From an uncultured Nitrososphaerota archaeon (GTDB lineage Archaea > Asgardarchaeota > Njordarchaeia > Njordarchaeales > Panguiarchaeaceae), in assembly GCA_964636085.1 (NCBI GenBank), contig CAZWPQ010000001.1, positions 64,650 through 128,649 of the forward strand: a stretch of DNA of 64,000 nt, in the 5' to 3' direction. Positions 37,352-46,790 of the stretch are shown piece by piece. The notes under the pieces are model-generated. The model was not told the DNA's origin, made no database searches, and worked only from the letters and a program-made list of their open reading frames with translations. The translations under genes and the position numbers were made by a program. How positions within the stretch are numbered: the stretch's first letter is position 1; each line of letters opens with the position of its first letter.

Positions 37352-37840
37352 ATGCATGCCAAAAAGCTACTTTATGCCAACACATTTTGTGCATATCGCG
37401 ATAAGTACATGGGACGTATCATTTGTCGGCATAAATACAGTTATGGAGTATGTGACCTAGACCTATGCCCAATAGTCAACGATTATTATGCTAATGTTGT
37501 GTTCCAAGAGGAAGGCATAGTATTGGTTGTAAAACGCCCCTCGGGGGATAGTGTGGCTGGGATGTGGGAGCGATATAACATCGAAATATCTCCAGAACTC
37601 GACAACGAGGATGATATCATAAAGTTCTGTATGGAGAAGACAAACGGTGTCCCAGAGATAATACGTAAGAAACTTCAGGAGAAAATACATGCACTATTCG
37701 AACGATGGAGATTTCTCAAATCTCGCGGTAAGAAGATTGGGGCGATAGAAACTGAAAAGAAAGTTGCTGAGGAAGAAATAACTATAGGCGAGGAACTCTT
37801 AGAGGAAATCAAAGAGGTCGAAAAAGAAATCGAGAGTTAA
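37352..37840 (+). CDS. Mak16/eL28-family protein
   Basis: FCAYR...CRHKYSYGVCDLDLCPIVNDYYANV...WER parallels Mak16 FCS...CRNEYNVTGLC...CPLAN.RYATV...LWE; acidic C-terminal tail. Confidence 0.78.
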   Translation: MHAKKLLYANTFCAYRDKYMGRIICRHKYSYGVCDLDLCPIVNDYYANVVFQEEGIVLVVKRPSGDSVAGMWERYNIEISPELDNEDDIIKFCMEKTNGVPEIIRKKLQEKIHALFERWRFLKSRGKKIGAIETEKKVAEEEITIGEELLEEIKEVEKEIES

Positions 37841-37865
37841 CATAAATACTTCTCCTCTATAATAG

Positions 37866-37938
37866 TGGAGGGGGCGGGATTCGAACCCGCGGCCTCTGCC
37901 CTGCGAAGGCAGCGCTCTACCAACTGAGCTACCCCTCC
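37866..37938 (-). tRNA. tRNA-Ala(CGC), atypical A3-U70 acceptor pair
   Basis: GGAGGGG/CCCCTCC acceptor, GCTC/GAGC D stem, CTGCC-TTCGCAG-GGCAG, TTCGAAT, A73. Confidence 0.93.
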
Positions 37939-38009
37939 TAATTCTACAATCCCCCAATATATCCTATCCTATTTTTTTAGTTTTTTAAGTGTTTTTGTGG
38001 TGTGGTAAA

Positions 38010-39239
38010 ATGCTTAGTAATATCGCCAGATATATGATTGATCATCCCAGCAGTATTAGAGAGATAATGGAACTTGTTGCTCAGTTTGAAAAACACCCAG
38101 AAAAGTTTCCCCGACCATTGATATACCTGGCAGGTGGCTGGCCCCAAGATCCCCCACCACGTATACTACGGGAAAAATTTCTTGAAGTCATAAAAGATGA
38201 CGAGTTGTGGAAAAAAGCTGCAAGATATAGCCCAACAATAGGTTTTCCAGATCTCCTTGAGCTCATTCCTACTTACGAAAAAGAGATATTCGGTAGAGGA
38301 GGAATACCTCCCGATTCCATAGTAGTTGGCTTGGGCTCCACTGAGCAGACAGCAGCTTTATTTAAAATGCTGTTGAATCCTGGCGATGAAATAATCATGA
38401 CGACGCCTGGGTATCTAAATTATAGGAGACAAATAGAACTTGAGCTAGATTTGAAAGCCAGAATTAAGTTTTGGGAGATTGTAAAAGATGGATCCTTTTC
38501 TCCTTCCCTTCAGGAACTTACAGACATGATTTCAAACAAGACTAGAGCCATACTTATAGGAACCCCGGGCAATCCAGATGGGCAAGTATGGGGTGATAAT
38601 ATACTTAGGGGGCTTCACGATTTAGCGATGGATCATGACTTTTATATATTGCTAGATGTTGCATACAGAGCCTTCATTTTTGAGGATCTACCTAGAGCAT
38701 TCCAGAGACCTCCACGTGAACGCGAGATATGGATATGTTCATTTAGCAAGGAGTTTAGGGCCCCAGGATGGAGAATAAGCTACGTAATTTTACCACCAGA
38801 ATTCCGTAGGCCCCTGAACACTATTGAGCAGGCCCGCATACTTGCACCTGTAAGCCCTGTTCAAATGACTCTTATTAGATTATTTTCGGATAAAAAAGCG
38901 TTAAGCGAACTCAAAAAGTTTTATGATGATGGGAGAAAGAAATATAAAGCCATGGCCGAATACACAGTTGACTCTCTAAAGCATATAGAAAAAATCAAGG
39001 TACTAGAGCCAAGAGGAGGCTTCTATGTGTTCTTCAATATCGAGGAAATTTGCCGTGACGATAAGAAAATATGGCGCGAACTTATCGATAAAAAACAGCT
39101 TGCACTTGCCCCAGGTAGCGATTTCAATAATGCTAAGGGATGGCTAAGATTATCCTTCGCACCCGTTGTAGAGACACCCGAAAAACTCAGAGAGGGATTA
39201 GAGAGACTAAAGGAATACTTTAGTGAAATTCCATCATGA
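38010..39239 (+). CDS. PLP-dependent aminotransferase class I/II
   Basis: GTPGNPDG, DVAY, SFSKEFRAPGWRI, PRGGFY, LRLSF; start ATG 38010 preferred. Confidence 0.93.
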   Translation: MLSNIARYMIDHPSSIREIMELVAQFEKHPEKFPRPLIYLAGGWPQDPPPRILREKFLEVIKDDELWKKAARYSPTIGFPDLLELIPTYEKEIFGRGGIPPDSIVVGLGSTEQTAALFKMLLNPGDEIIMTTPGYLNYRRQIELELDLKARIKFWEIVKDGSFSPSLQELTDMISNKTRAILIGTPGNPDGQVWGDNILRGLHDLAMDHDFYILLDVAYRAFIFEDLPRAFQRPPREREIWICSFSKEFRAPGWRISYVILPPEFRRPLNTIEQARILAPVSPVQMTLIRLFSDKKALSELKKFYDDGRKKYKAMAEYTVDSLKHIEKIKVLEPRGGFYVFFNIEEICRDDKKIWRELIDKKQLALAPGSDFNNAKGWLRLSFAPVVETPEKLREGLERLKEYFSEIPS

Positions 39240-40160
39240 TAATACTTTATTTATGAACCAATCTGGATCAAAAGCTACAAGATCCTCATACCCCTGCCCA
39301 ATCCCTACATAGCTTATGGGTTTTTTTGTTACATAGCATAAGGTAATTGCTGCTCCTCCCTTCACATCAGCATCTACTTTAGTTAGGATACTACAGTCAA
39401 CACCCACCTCTGAACTAAACGTTCTGGCTTGAACCACCAAGTCGTTTCCCATCAACGCATCAACAACCAGACATTTTATATCTGGCTTAGCAACTCTTAC
39501 AATCTTCTTCATCTCCCCTATCAGGTCCATATCTGTCCCTAGACGCCCCGCGGTATCTATCAACACAACATCTTTCTTTCTTGACGACGCGTGTTCTATA
39601 GCATCGAAACCAACAGAGGCAGGGTCTGCTCCATATTGTCGCTTTATCATATATACCTTCAATTTCTGTGAATGCTTGTATAATTGCTCAATGGCACCAG
39701 CTCTAAATGTATCAGAACATGCCAATACTACCGTGAGAGAATTTTTCTTCATTTTGTATGCCAACTTCGCTATACTAGTTGTCTTTCCACACCCATTAGG
39801 GCCAAGAAAAACAACAGTAAATGGTTTCCACCGACCATACTTGTTATTCAAATTTTCCTCTTTTCTTTTAAGTGCTAGCTCTACTAGGTCTACCCGTGGT
39901 ATGTTCAATATTGATCTTAGTTCCTCCCTAATAGCAAGTCTTATTATCTCTCTTATATCACTAAAACGCTTAACGATTTGTCCAGCTAGCCTACTAGAAA
40001 TGTTTTTTGTTATCTCTCTTGCAACATCCACAGCGATATCCGACTCTATTAGATCAAGTTCAAATTCAAACAACACATTCCTTAAATTCTTCTCTGTTAA
40101 TTCCTTATAGACAACTTTATCAATAAATTTTTTAATAGCCTTCTTTAGTGACTCAAACAA
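39234..40160 (-). CDS. ftsY: Signal recognition particle receptor FtsY (NG domain)
   Basis: GPNGCGKTTSIAKLA, DTFRAGAIEQL, DTAGR, TKVDADVKGG, GIGQGYEDL. Confidence 0.97.
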   Translation of the reverse strand: MFESLKKAIKKFIDKVVYKELTEKNLRNVLFEFELDLIESDIAVDVAREITKNISSRLAGQIVKRFSDIREIIRLAIREELRSILNIPRVDLVELALKRKEENLNNKYGRWKPFTVVFLGPNGCGKTTSIAKLAYKMKKNSLTVVLACSDTFRAGAIEQLYKHSQKLKVYMIKRQYGADPASVGFDAIEHASSRKKDVVLIDTAGRLGTDMDLIGEMKKIVRVAKPDIKCLVVDALMGNDLVVQARTFSSEVGVDCSILTKVDADVKGGAAITLCYVTKKPISYVGIGQGYEDLVAFDPDWFINKVLS

Positions 40161-40265
40161 CTCGTGCGCACCCCTCTTATGGATAAGCTTAAATCAATTT
40201 TTAAACTATATACTCTTTTAGATGATTATTAAAATAGTGATCTATGAGATCATCCTGGTGGTTTT

Positions 40266-42269
40266 TTGACAATATTGGGCCTAGACGTATTACCAGACCG
40301 ACAAAATTTTTACGCTGTCATACTGGATGAAACTACGGGAGATATTCATTACAGGAACACAGTAAAGCGAGAAGACATCATACTTTTAATAAAGAAATAC
40401 AATGTCAAAATTGTAGCCATGGATAACATATTTGAGCTCTACGAAACTTCTGCCGACATCATGAACTTCATAGATAAAACTGGTGTTACTCTAGTTCAGG
40501 TTACCGGTGCACCGTTTAGACAACACCGCCTTGCTTCTTTAGCAAAGAAACATGGTTTATTCAGGGGCGGGAAACTCCCCCCAGAGAAAGCCGCAGAAAT
40601 CGCCGCTAGACTTGCTATGAGGAGCGAGGGCGCCCAAGTTATAGCCCTAAGGGACGCTACCCTCATAACTGTATCCCGCTCTAGACACTTCGGACAAGTT
40701 GGAGGAAGCCATCAAAGGCAATACCTACGATCAGCTGAGGCCCGAATTAGAGAGATTGTAAAGGAAATTTTGGATTCTCTAAATAAACAGGGAATACTGT
40801 ATGACACTCTAATAAGAGAGGGAGAAGGAGGATATAAATCGGCCAGAATAATTATATACGAATCCTACGACACTATCAGGAACATAATCAGGGACTATGA
40901 AACTGATTGGTACCAAGTTAAAGTGGAGCCGATACGGCATAGTAGACTCATATTTGTTCTTCCAGGCGAGGGACACTCACCATTCCACTACGGACATTAT
41001 ATAATCGTGGGTGTTGATCCCGGTGAAACAACTGGATTGGCATTAATCGACTTAAATGGTAATGTGCTATATGTTGGAAGCCGTCGGGGGATAGGTTTTT
41101 TTGAGCTCATAGACAAAATTTACGAACATGGAAAACCCCTCATAATATCAACTGATGTTCCTAAGATCCCACACTTCGTCAATCTTCTTTCACAGAAATC
41201 TGGTGCGATAATTTTTAGGCCAAAAAAAACTTTGTCTATATTCAAGAAGAATGAAATAATAAAGAATTTAGGTATCAGAGTTCATGACTCCCATCAAAGA
41301 GACGCACTAGTAGCTGCATTTCTTGCATACAAGCACTATGAAAAGAAATTCTCAAAAATTGATTCAATCTTAAAATACATTCCAATAGTTGATCCAGAAA
41401 AAGTAAAAGTCGACGTGGTTTTTCGGAATCTCGATATTAGAACGGCCATACTATCCCAACTATCGGAGCTCCTCTCAGAAAGAAACAAAGAAAAAAGCGA
41501 CTATATTAGCCACAGAGAGGTACAGCTACTTAGAGAAAATCAACAATTAAGAAAGAAATATGTGGAACTTAGAAAAAAAGTTGCCCAAATGAGAGAAACT
41601 ATACATGAGCTTAGGGAGTCCTTAAGACAGAAAGAAAGAGAAATTATCCGCTTAAAAAGTGAGATAAGAACCTTATCAAGTGCGAAAAAGGCGGAAACTA
41701 TAGATATCCTTAGAGAGAAAGATCACATAGTTGCCAAATTGCTAGACGAAAATAGAACACTTACGAACATCGTTACCAAGTTAGAATCTAAGATTAAATA
41801 CCTTGAAAATAAGCATGAGGTCCTTAGAAGAATTGCCCAGAGAAACCCTAGCGAGATTGTTGTTAAGAAAATAGAAAAACTTTCCTACTCGTCATTGATT
41901 ACTTGGAAGAACGAATATGGCTTATCAAAATATGACTTCATTCTTACAAAAAACATTACTTGGAGTGAAAAACTAATTAATCTTCTAAGCACCAACGCAG
42001 CTGGTATCATTATCTATGGAGACGAAAAAATACCTGAGGAAATAAGACAAAAACTTGCTGAGGTAGGCATCGTTGTTTTAAAATATGATGATGTCTCAGA
42101 TATCATAGACACCAAACTCATAGTACAGACCGTACAACTGAGGAAGCTGAGAAAGAGAATACGGGGAGTTATCCTTGAGTATACGGACAAACTAGAAAAA
42201 GCATACGAAGAATTTATGGAAGTTTTGGAAGAGTATAGAAGGAAAAGGATCGTAGAGCTCATGGATTAG
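40266..42269 (+). CDS. DUF460 domain protein (RNase H-like folds plus coiled coil)
   Basis: ILGLD, MDNIFEL, LVQVTG, IVGVDPGETTG, HQRDAL, long coiled coil. Confidence 0.9.
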   Translation: MTILGLDVLPDRQNFYAVILDETTGDIHYRNTVKREDIILLIKKYNVKIVAMDNIFELYETSADIMNFIDKTGVTLVQVTGAPFRQHRLASLAKKHGLFRGGKLPPEKAAEIAARLAMRSEGAQVIALRDATLITVSRSRHFGQVGGSHQRQYLRSAEARIREIVKEILDSLNKQGILYDTLIREGEGGYKSARIIIYESYDTIRNIIRDYETDWYQVKVEPIRHSRLIFVLPGEGHSPFHYGHYIIVGVDPGETTGLALIDLNGNVLYVGSRRGIGFFELIDKIYEHGKPLIISTDVPKIPHFVNLLSQKSGAIIFRPKKTLSIFKKNEIIKNLGIRVHDSHQRDALVAAFLAYKHYEKKFSKIDSILKYIPIVDPEKVKVDVVFRNLDIRTAILSQLSELLSERNKEKSDYISHREVQLLRENQQLRKKYVELRKKVAQMRETIHELRESLRQKEREIIRLKSEIRTLSSAKKAETIDILREKDHIVAKLLDENRTLTNIVTKLESKIKYLENKHEVLRRIAQRNPSEIVVKKIEKLSYSSLITWKNEYGLSKYDFILTKNITWSEKLINLLSTNAAGIIIYGDEKIPEEIRQKLAEVGIVVLKYDDVSDIIDTKLIVQTVQLRKLRKRIRGVILEYTDKLEKAYEEFMEVLEEYRRKRIVELMD

Positions 42270-43673
42270 TCATTTCTTCGGGAGTTTAACATATCTTCTA
42301 TATAACCTTATACACAACGATATACCAATCACTACTATTATGATCGTCGCAACTAATTTCCAAACCCATTCAGGTATTTCTTTTTCTTTCTTCTTTGGTA
42401 CAATTATCTTATAAATATACATTTTCGATTTATAATCACCAAATTCTGAGCGGACAGTTGCATTAAGAACGAGCCACCTAGCCGTCGAGTTTATCTTGGG
42501 TAATTCACACATAAACTTGTCAGTAGGAACATCAATTGGTTCTGCACAATATGTTATTGTATCATTATTTTCATCCCTCAGTTCGTAGTATAGCTTTATT
42601 TCCGATATATTCCCAAAGCCATATCCAAGTATAACATACACATCACACGTTTTATTAACCTGGGGTTCGTCGGGGATAATATCAAGTACCGGGTATTTTG
42701 GTATACTCAAGAACCCCTCTTTTAGGTACATGCTAACATAAATTTTAAGTTCGTCCAGATTTTCTAGTCCATAGTGTTTCCACCAGATGACTCCTTGGTC
42801 GTCAATAATTACTACAAGGGGCAAAAACGTGTTGTTGATAGTTGTAAACTCATACAATGTTCCATTGGACGATCTATTATATATGTATGTAACATTATCA
42901 TTCACAATCATTATGTTTGTATTTTCTTGTTCGTTACTATTGTTGTATGTATTCGAGATATCCACGATTAACGAAAATATGGATTCAGCATCTATCTCTA
43001 TTATGCTATTAAGCATTTCCTCGATGCCCAGTACATCGTTCATATATGACAGATTCGCATAGACAATCAAGTATAGCCGATACCCCTCATCTAAGACATT
43101 GATGTCCCCATCGCCATTCGAAATATTTAGACATGGTATCACGCCATAGAACGATTTCGGATATTTTGATCCATATTCATCATATATATAATCCTCAGCA
43201 TTTACCGGAACTATGAGTCCCGAGTAGTTTTCCAGCTTCTTCTCAAGCCTCGATAAGAAGACCCTATGGAGGGGGTAATATGTTAGATTAATAGATTCAC
43301 TCTCATTCGCCATAATGGAATCCATATACTCTAAATAGTCACTAATAGTACTTACGTTTACCTGTTCTATATCCTCAACGTTTATACTGCCATTGTATAT
43401 TAGGTAAAACAGCTCGTCCATTGTCGATACATTTATATAGGTGCCGTTTTTCAGAATTATCCTTCCAAATGGCATAATGGAGACATTTGTAACATTTGTA
43501 GCATTATCGTCGTTATCCATTATTATTATTCTAAATGATAGGTATATGGCCTCATTAGAGCTGGTATCCACATCTACACTACCTAACGTCCTATGTATAG
43601 TGAATGCCAATACTGGGTATGATATAAGCATCAGACATATAAACAAAGGAATTAGATGTCGCATTACTATCAC
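42270..43673 (-). CDS. Secreted, C-terminally anchored surface glycoprotein
   Basis: Signal peptide, about 22 N-x-S/T sequons, C-terminal TM plus basic tail; partial thioredoxin-like segment. Confidence 0.8.
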   Translation of the reverse strand: MIVMRHLIPLFICLMLISYPVLAFTIHRTLGSVDVDTSSNEAIYLSFRIIIMDNDDNATNVTNVSIMPFGRIILKNGTYINVSTMDELFYLIYNGSINVEDIEQVNVSTISDYLEYMDSIMANESESINLTYYPLHRVFLSRLEKKLENYSGLIVPVNAEDYIYDEYGSKYPKSFYGVIPCLNISNGDGDINVLDEGYRLYLIVYANLSYMNDVLGIEEMLNSIIEIDAESIFSLIVDISNTYNNSNEQENTNIMIVNDNVTYIYNRSSNGTLYEFTTINNTFLPLVVIIDDQGVIWWKHYGLENLDELKIYVSMYLKEGFLSIPKYPVLDIIPDEPQVNKTCDVYVILGYGFGNISEIKLYYELRDENNDTITYCAEPIDVPTDKFMCELPKINSTARWLVLNATVRSEFGDYKSKMYIYKIIVPKKKEKEIPEWVWKLVATIIIVVIGISLCIRLYRRYVKLPKK

Positions 43674-43752
43674 TTCCCAGTACCAATATATTCTGGCTTA
43701 AAAATTTCTATAAAATCAAACATTGAAAAAGACCCTTATACATCCCCCTTAT

Positions 43753-44469
43753 TTATTTGATCAGTATTCTCTCTATCCTCTGAACTAGGTCTGGTGGAGG
43801 ACTACGATCCAATAGCCAATATATCGAGGACACTAAAAATAGCGCATTATCCGATTCCCCTATTAGATCCTCCGTTGCTATCTCCCATGTGGATATAGCC
43901 ATGACCCTACCATTACCAAATTTTGCCACACAAGACAAAATAGCATCTGGGGGCTGTTGATTTTTTTCACTCCTGACAAGTATGTCAATGGGATAGGCCT
44001 TCTTTTGTGCTAGTATGAATCTAACAGCATTTCTAAATACCAATTCACTTATGCCTATCGTGATTCTATGATTCCTGTTTATGTTCTTCGTAGCAAACTC
44101 TAGCTTTCCATTCTCACGTATAATTGTGGGGTCTGGATATATTCCAATATCTTTGAGAAGACTATATGTGGAGTCAAAAAATGGTACACTATCACTATCG
44201 ACCATTACGAGAAGCCTGTGGCCAGCATGAACGTGTTTTGTTATTATGTTTATTTCATCAGAAGAATACCTATCATATTTCTTTCCTGCAATTATAAGAA
44301 GCCTACCTTTAGACAACTCATCAGAGGATATCCTTGATATGTAATGTACCTTAAACTCCAGCCACTCCAAGAACCCACCAAAAAACTCAATCCTACCAGC
44401 GATCTCTGGCGAAGTATCCATGAGTATAGCTTCCAAATTATCCACCAAGATACCTATATTCAAAAACAT
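43753..44469 (-). CDS. Stand-alone GIFT/DUF4350 (class I GATase-like fold) domain protein
   Basis: YSSDEINII..V.AGHRLLV, HRITIGI, FGNGRV, DNALFL.SSIYWL. Confidence 0.72.
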   Translation of the reverse strand: MFLNIGILVDNLEAILMDTSPEIAGRIEFFGGFLEWLEFKVHYISRISSDELSKGRLLIIAGKKYDRYSSDEINIITKHVHAGHRLLVMVDSDSVPFFDSTYSLLKDIGIYPDPTIIRENGKLEFATKNINRNHRITIGISELVFRNAVRFILAQKKAYPIDILVRSEKNQQPPDAILSCVAKFGNGRVMAISTWEIATEDLIGESDNALFLVSSIYWLLDRSPPPDLVQRIERILIK

Positions 44470-44536
44470 TTTAACTAAAGATACAATTCTTATGTAATGA
44501 ATAATATTGTAGTTAAAATATTGTTTGGTTACTTAG

Positions 44537-45028
44537 GTGACATCTATAATGGTCTTCCCTGGAGTAGAACAAAGATGGTGGAGAGTAGTCTTTGATTTCG
44601 GCGAAATCGGTAATTTTGTAGGAGTATTGGGTCTTATGTATGAGTCACTTACACCAACTATAGAACGATCCTCCATTGTAAGGAAAATCTTGGCATCTCT
44701 CCCAATATGTACAGAGAGTGTAGTTTTCGATGAGATAGAGTTGCTGATAAAACTACCTCTCCGTTTTAAACAAAAAATTTTTAAGCGCGATCACACAATA
44801 AAGCGAGGAGAAATAATATACAGGCCCCACATACCATCAATATCAATCTTCACAGATACGTCTGAGATCTATGAGCCCGTAGAAAAGATTGGCCTTATAA
44901 GAAAGGACGATATACCCAAATTCATGGAGATTGTAAACAAAATTAACAATAAGGCTAGCATCTATGTTGAGATAAGAAAATATGAGCCCAAAGTTGAGGC
45001 CGAAGAGACAGAAGAAGAGGCAATATGA
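44537..45028 (+). CDS. Cyclophilin-like fold protein (divergent)
   Basis: ILASLPI, IKRGEIIY.P..SISIF, PVEKIG. Confidence 0.6.
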   Translation: MTSIMVFPGVEQRWWRVVFDFGEIGNFVGVLGLMYESLTPTIERSSIVRKILASLPICTESVVFDEIELLIKLPLRFKQKIFKRDHTIKRGEIIYRPHIPSISIFTDTSEIYEPVEKIGLIRKDDIPKFMEIVNKINNKASIYVEIRKYEPKVEAEETEEEAI

Positions 45029-45336
45029 TAGGCCAGTTAAAACGCATTGGAATGTTCTTACACAGATCAAACTTAGCAAGCAATATACTCATCATTAAGC
45101 TCGATACAAGAGTACCTATAGGTACTGTGGTCTTTGATGAAAAAATGCGGGAAATAGGAAAAATCATAGAGATTTTTGGACCAACAATTTCTCCATACGC
45201 GCGTGTATTGGTCAAAGACCCATCTATCACGTTTATTGATGACATTAAAGGCCACAGTTGCTTCACCATCGTTGGGGAGGGGGAGAGAGTAAAATGGAGA
45301 AAAATGCCCCGTCCGAGAAAAGGAAAAGTAGAGTGA
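45025..45336 (+). CDS. gar1: H/ACA RNP protein Gar1
   Basis: PIGTVVFD...IGKIIEIFGP..SPYARV. Confidence 0.9.
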   Translation: MIGQLKRIGMFLHRSNLASNILIIKLDTRVPIGTVVFDEKMREIGKIIEIFGPTISPYARVLVKDPSITFIDDIKGHSCFTIVGEGERVKWRKMPRPRKGKVE

Positions 45337-45866
45337 TGTGTCCAGAGCTAGTTATTACCTCCTCTCTTAAGGTACCTCCCTCAACTAGAAGATTTATGAG
45401 GACCCTCTCGGCTGTTACTGGGGCTCCTATAATCCACAGAGGGAAGTCTAATCTTGACGAAATTGCTTACTATGTAAAGAGAGCAAAATTTAAGTCATTT
45501 GTTGTGGTTTTCTCCAAGAAGTCTGGACCATCCATATTGACTTTTTATAGACTTACAACCCTTGGATATTTCGCTAAATATGGTTCTTTATTTCTCAGCA
45601 CTGTTAATCTCGTACGCCGACATAGGTCATATATTGGATTCGAAGCTATACTCAAGGGAAAAAATGCATTATCTACCCAAATCTGGAATTTTTTTATAGA
45701 TCTTTTTGGAGATGATTTGTGTCATAAATATGTCGGCCCGATCTCTCGTGCAATTATAAAAGATCTGAACGAGCAATCGGTGATAGAGTTTTGGGGAAAA
45801 CAGGACATAATACTGAGCATGTCCATAAGAAAAATATCTCGCCAGAAGTATTCCATGGAAAAATAG
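45336..45866 (+). CDS. Brix-domain (Imp4-like) ribosome biogenesis protein
   Basis: VITSSLKVPPSTRRF..L, HRGKSNL; Brix-Pcc1-PfdB gene order; start ATG 45336. Confidence 0.82.
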   Translation: MCPELVITSSLKVPPSTRRFMRTLSAVTGAPIIHRGKSNLDEIAYYVKRAKFKSFVVVFSKKSGPSILTFYRLTTLGYFAKYGSLFLSTVNLVRRHRSYIGFEAILKGKNALSTQIWNFFIDLFGDDLCHKYVGPISRAIIKDLNEQSVIEFWGKQDIILSMSIRKISRQKYSMEK

Positions 45867-46168
45867 AAATAAGGTTCCCGAATAAAACCATAGCGACTAT
45901 TGTGTACAGAGCACTTGTTCCTGAAACCAAGAACCCTCCAACCTATAGATCAAAAATCATTCTTTATGTTGATAATTGTTCCTTAAAAATAGATATTTTA
46001 TCAAAAGATTTGATATCCCTTCGTGCATCCTTAAATAGTTACCTAATGTGGATCTCAGCAATAATAGGTGGCTTGGAGGCTATAAAAAATGAGCTCCGAG
46101 GATTTAAAGAAAGCTCAAAACCTACAGCAGCAGATATTGGTTCTCGAGGAGCATCTAAGACTTTATAA
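45791..46168 (+). CDS. pcc1: KEOPS complex subunit Pcc1
   Basis: IVYRALVPE..YRS...KDLISLRASLNSYLMWI; start uncertain. Confidence 0.9.
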   Translation: MGKTGHNTEHVHKKNISPEVFHGKIEIRFPNKTIATIVYRALVPETKNPPTYRSKIILYVDNCSLKIDILSKDLISLRASLNSYLMWISAIIGGLEAIKNELRGFKESSKPTAADIGSRGASKTL

Positions 46169-46430
46169 GCAAAGATTAATTGAAGTCGAGACGGCGCTCC
46201 GGGCCATTAAACAGGCAAAAGAGAGAGGAGAACAATACGCCTACCAGTTTTTAGGAGCAAATGTAATGATCAAACGTAATATCGATGAGATAGTATCTGA
46301 GTTAGATGAAGAACACAAACTTCTTAAGGAAAGAGTTAAGGCCCTTGAATCACAGGCCAGGGAACTTAGACGCCAATTTATCGAGTTAACCAAGAAATTC
46401 GAGACTCCCAGTCAAGCGCAGGGAGCATGA
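46089..46430 (+). CDS. pfdB: Prefoldin beta subunit
   Basis: Coil-hairpin-coil with YQFLGANVMI; conserved position after Pcc1. Confidence 0.85.
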   Translation: MSSEDLKKAQNLQQQILVLEEHLRLYKQRLIEVETALRAIKQAKERGEQYAYQFLGANVMIKRNIDEIVSELDEEHKLLKERVKALESQARELRRQFIELTKKFETPSQAQGA

Positions 46431-46442
46431 GTAGAATTACAT

Positions 46443-46790
46443 ATGACTGTTTACAGGTTTAGAAAAAAAATTCTACTTGAGAAAGGTATTGACAAAATTC
46501 CATCCGATATACTCGCGGATATAGTTGATCGGGCCGAAGAGAACGCATATAAAAAACTTATAGAGGAGGTATCTAGACATTATATTGGCTTTATAGTTGA
46601 TTCATCCCTAGTATCGATAAAAAAAGAGGGCAAAATCATTGGAATTGTCGTGGATTTATATTTAGATTTAGATATTTCCCCTCTATCCGAAAAAGTTGCT
46701 TACCAAGATAAGATAGCTGAGGAAATAGCCAATGCGTACTTTGAGGCAATACGAGAAGGAATTGACAAGTTTTTTAAACAGGCTTCTTGA
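46443..46790 (+). CDS. DUF3194-like protein
   Basis: Size, LDLDISPL motif and position between pfdB and the DHH gene. Confidence 0.55.
   Translation: MTVYRFRKKILLEKGIDKIPSDILADIVDRAEENAYKKLIEEVSRHYIGFIVDSSLVSIKKEGKIIGIVVDLYLDLDISPLSEKVAYQDKIAEEIANAYFEAIREGIDKFFKQAS

Noticed and set aside
37866-37938. GCG codon reassignment suggested by the atypical tRNA-Ala
   Set aside because: GCG encodes conserved Ala in RNase HII (DEAGRG, VAAAS) and FtsY (DTAGR)
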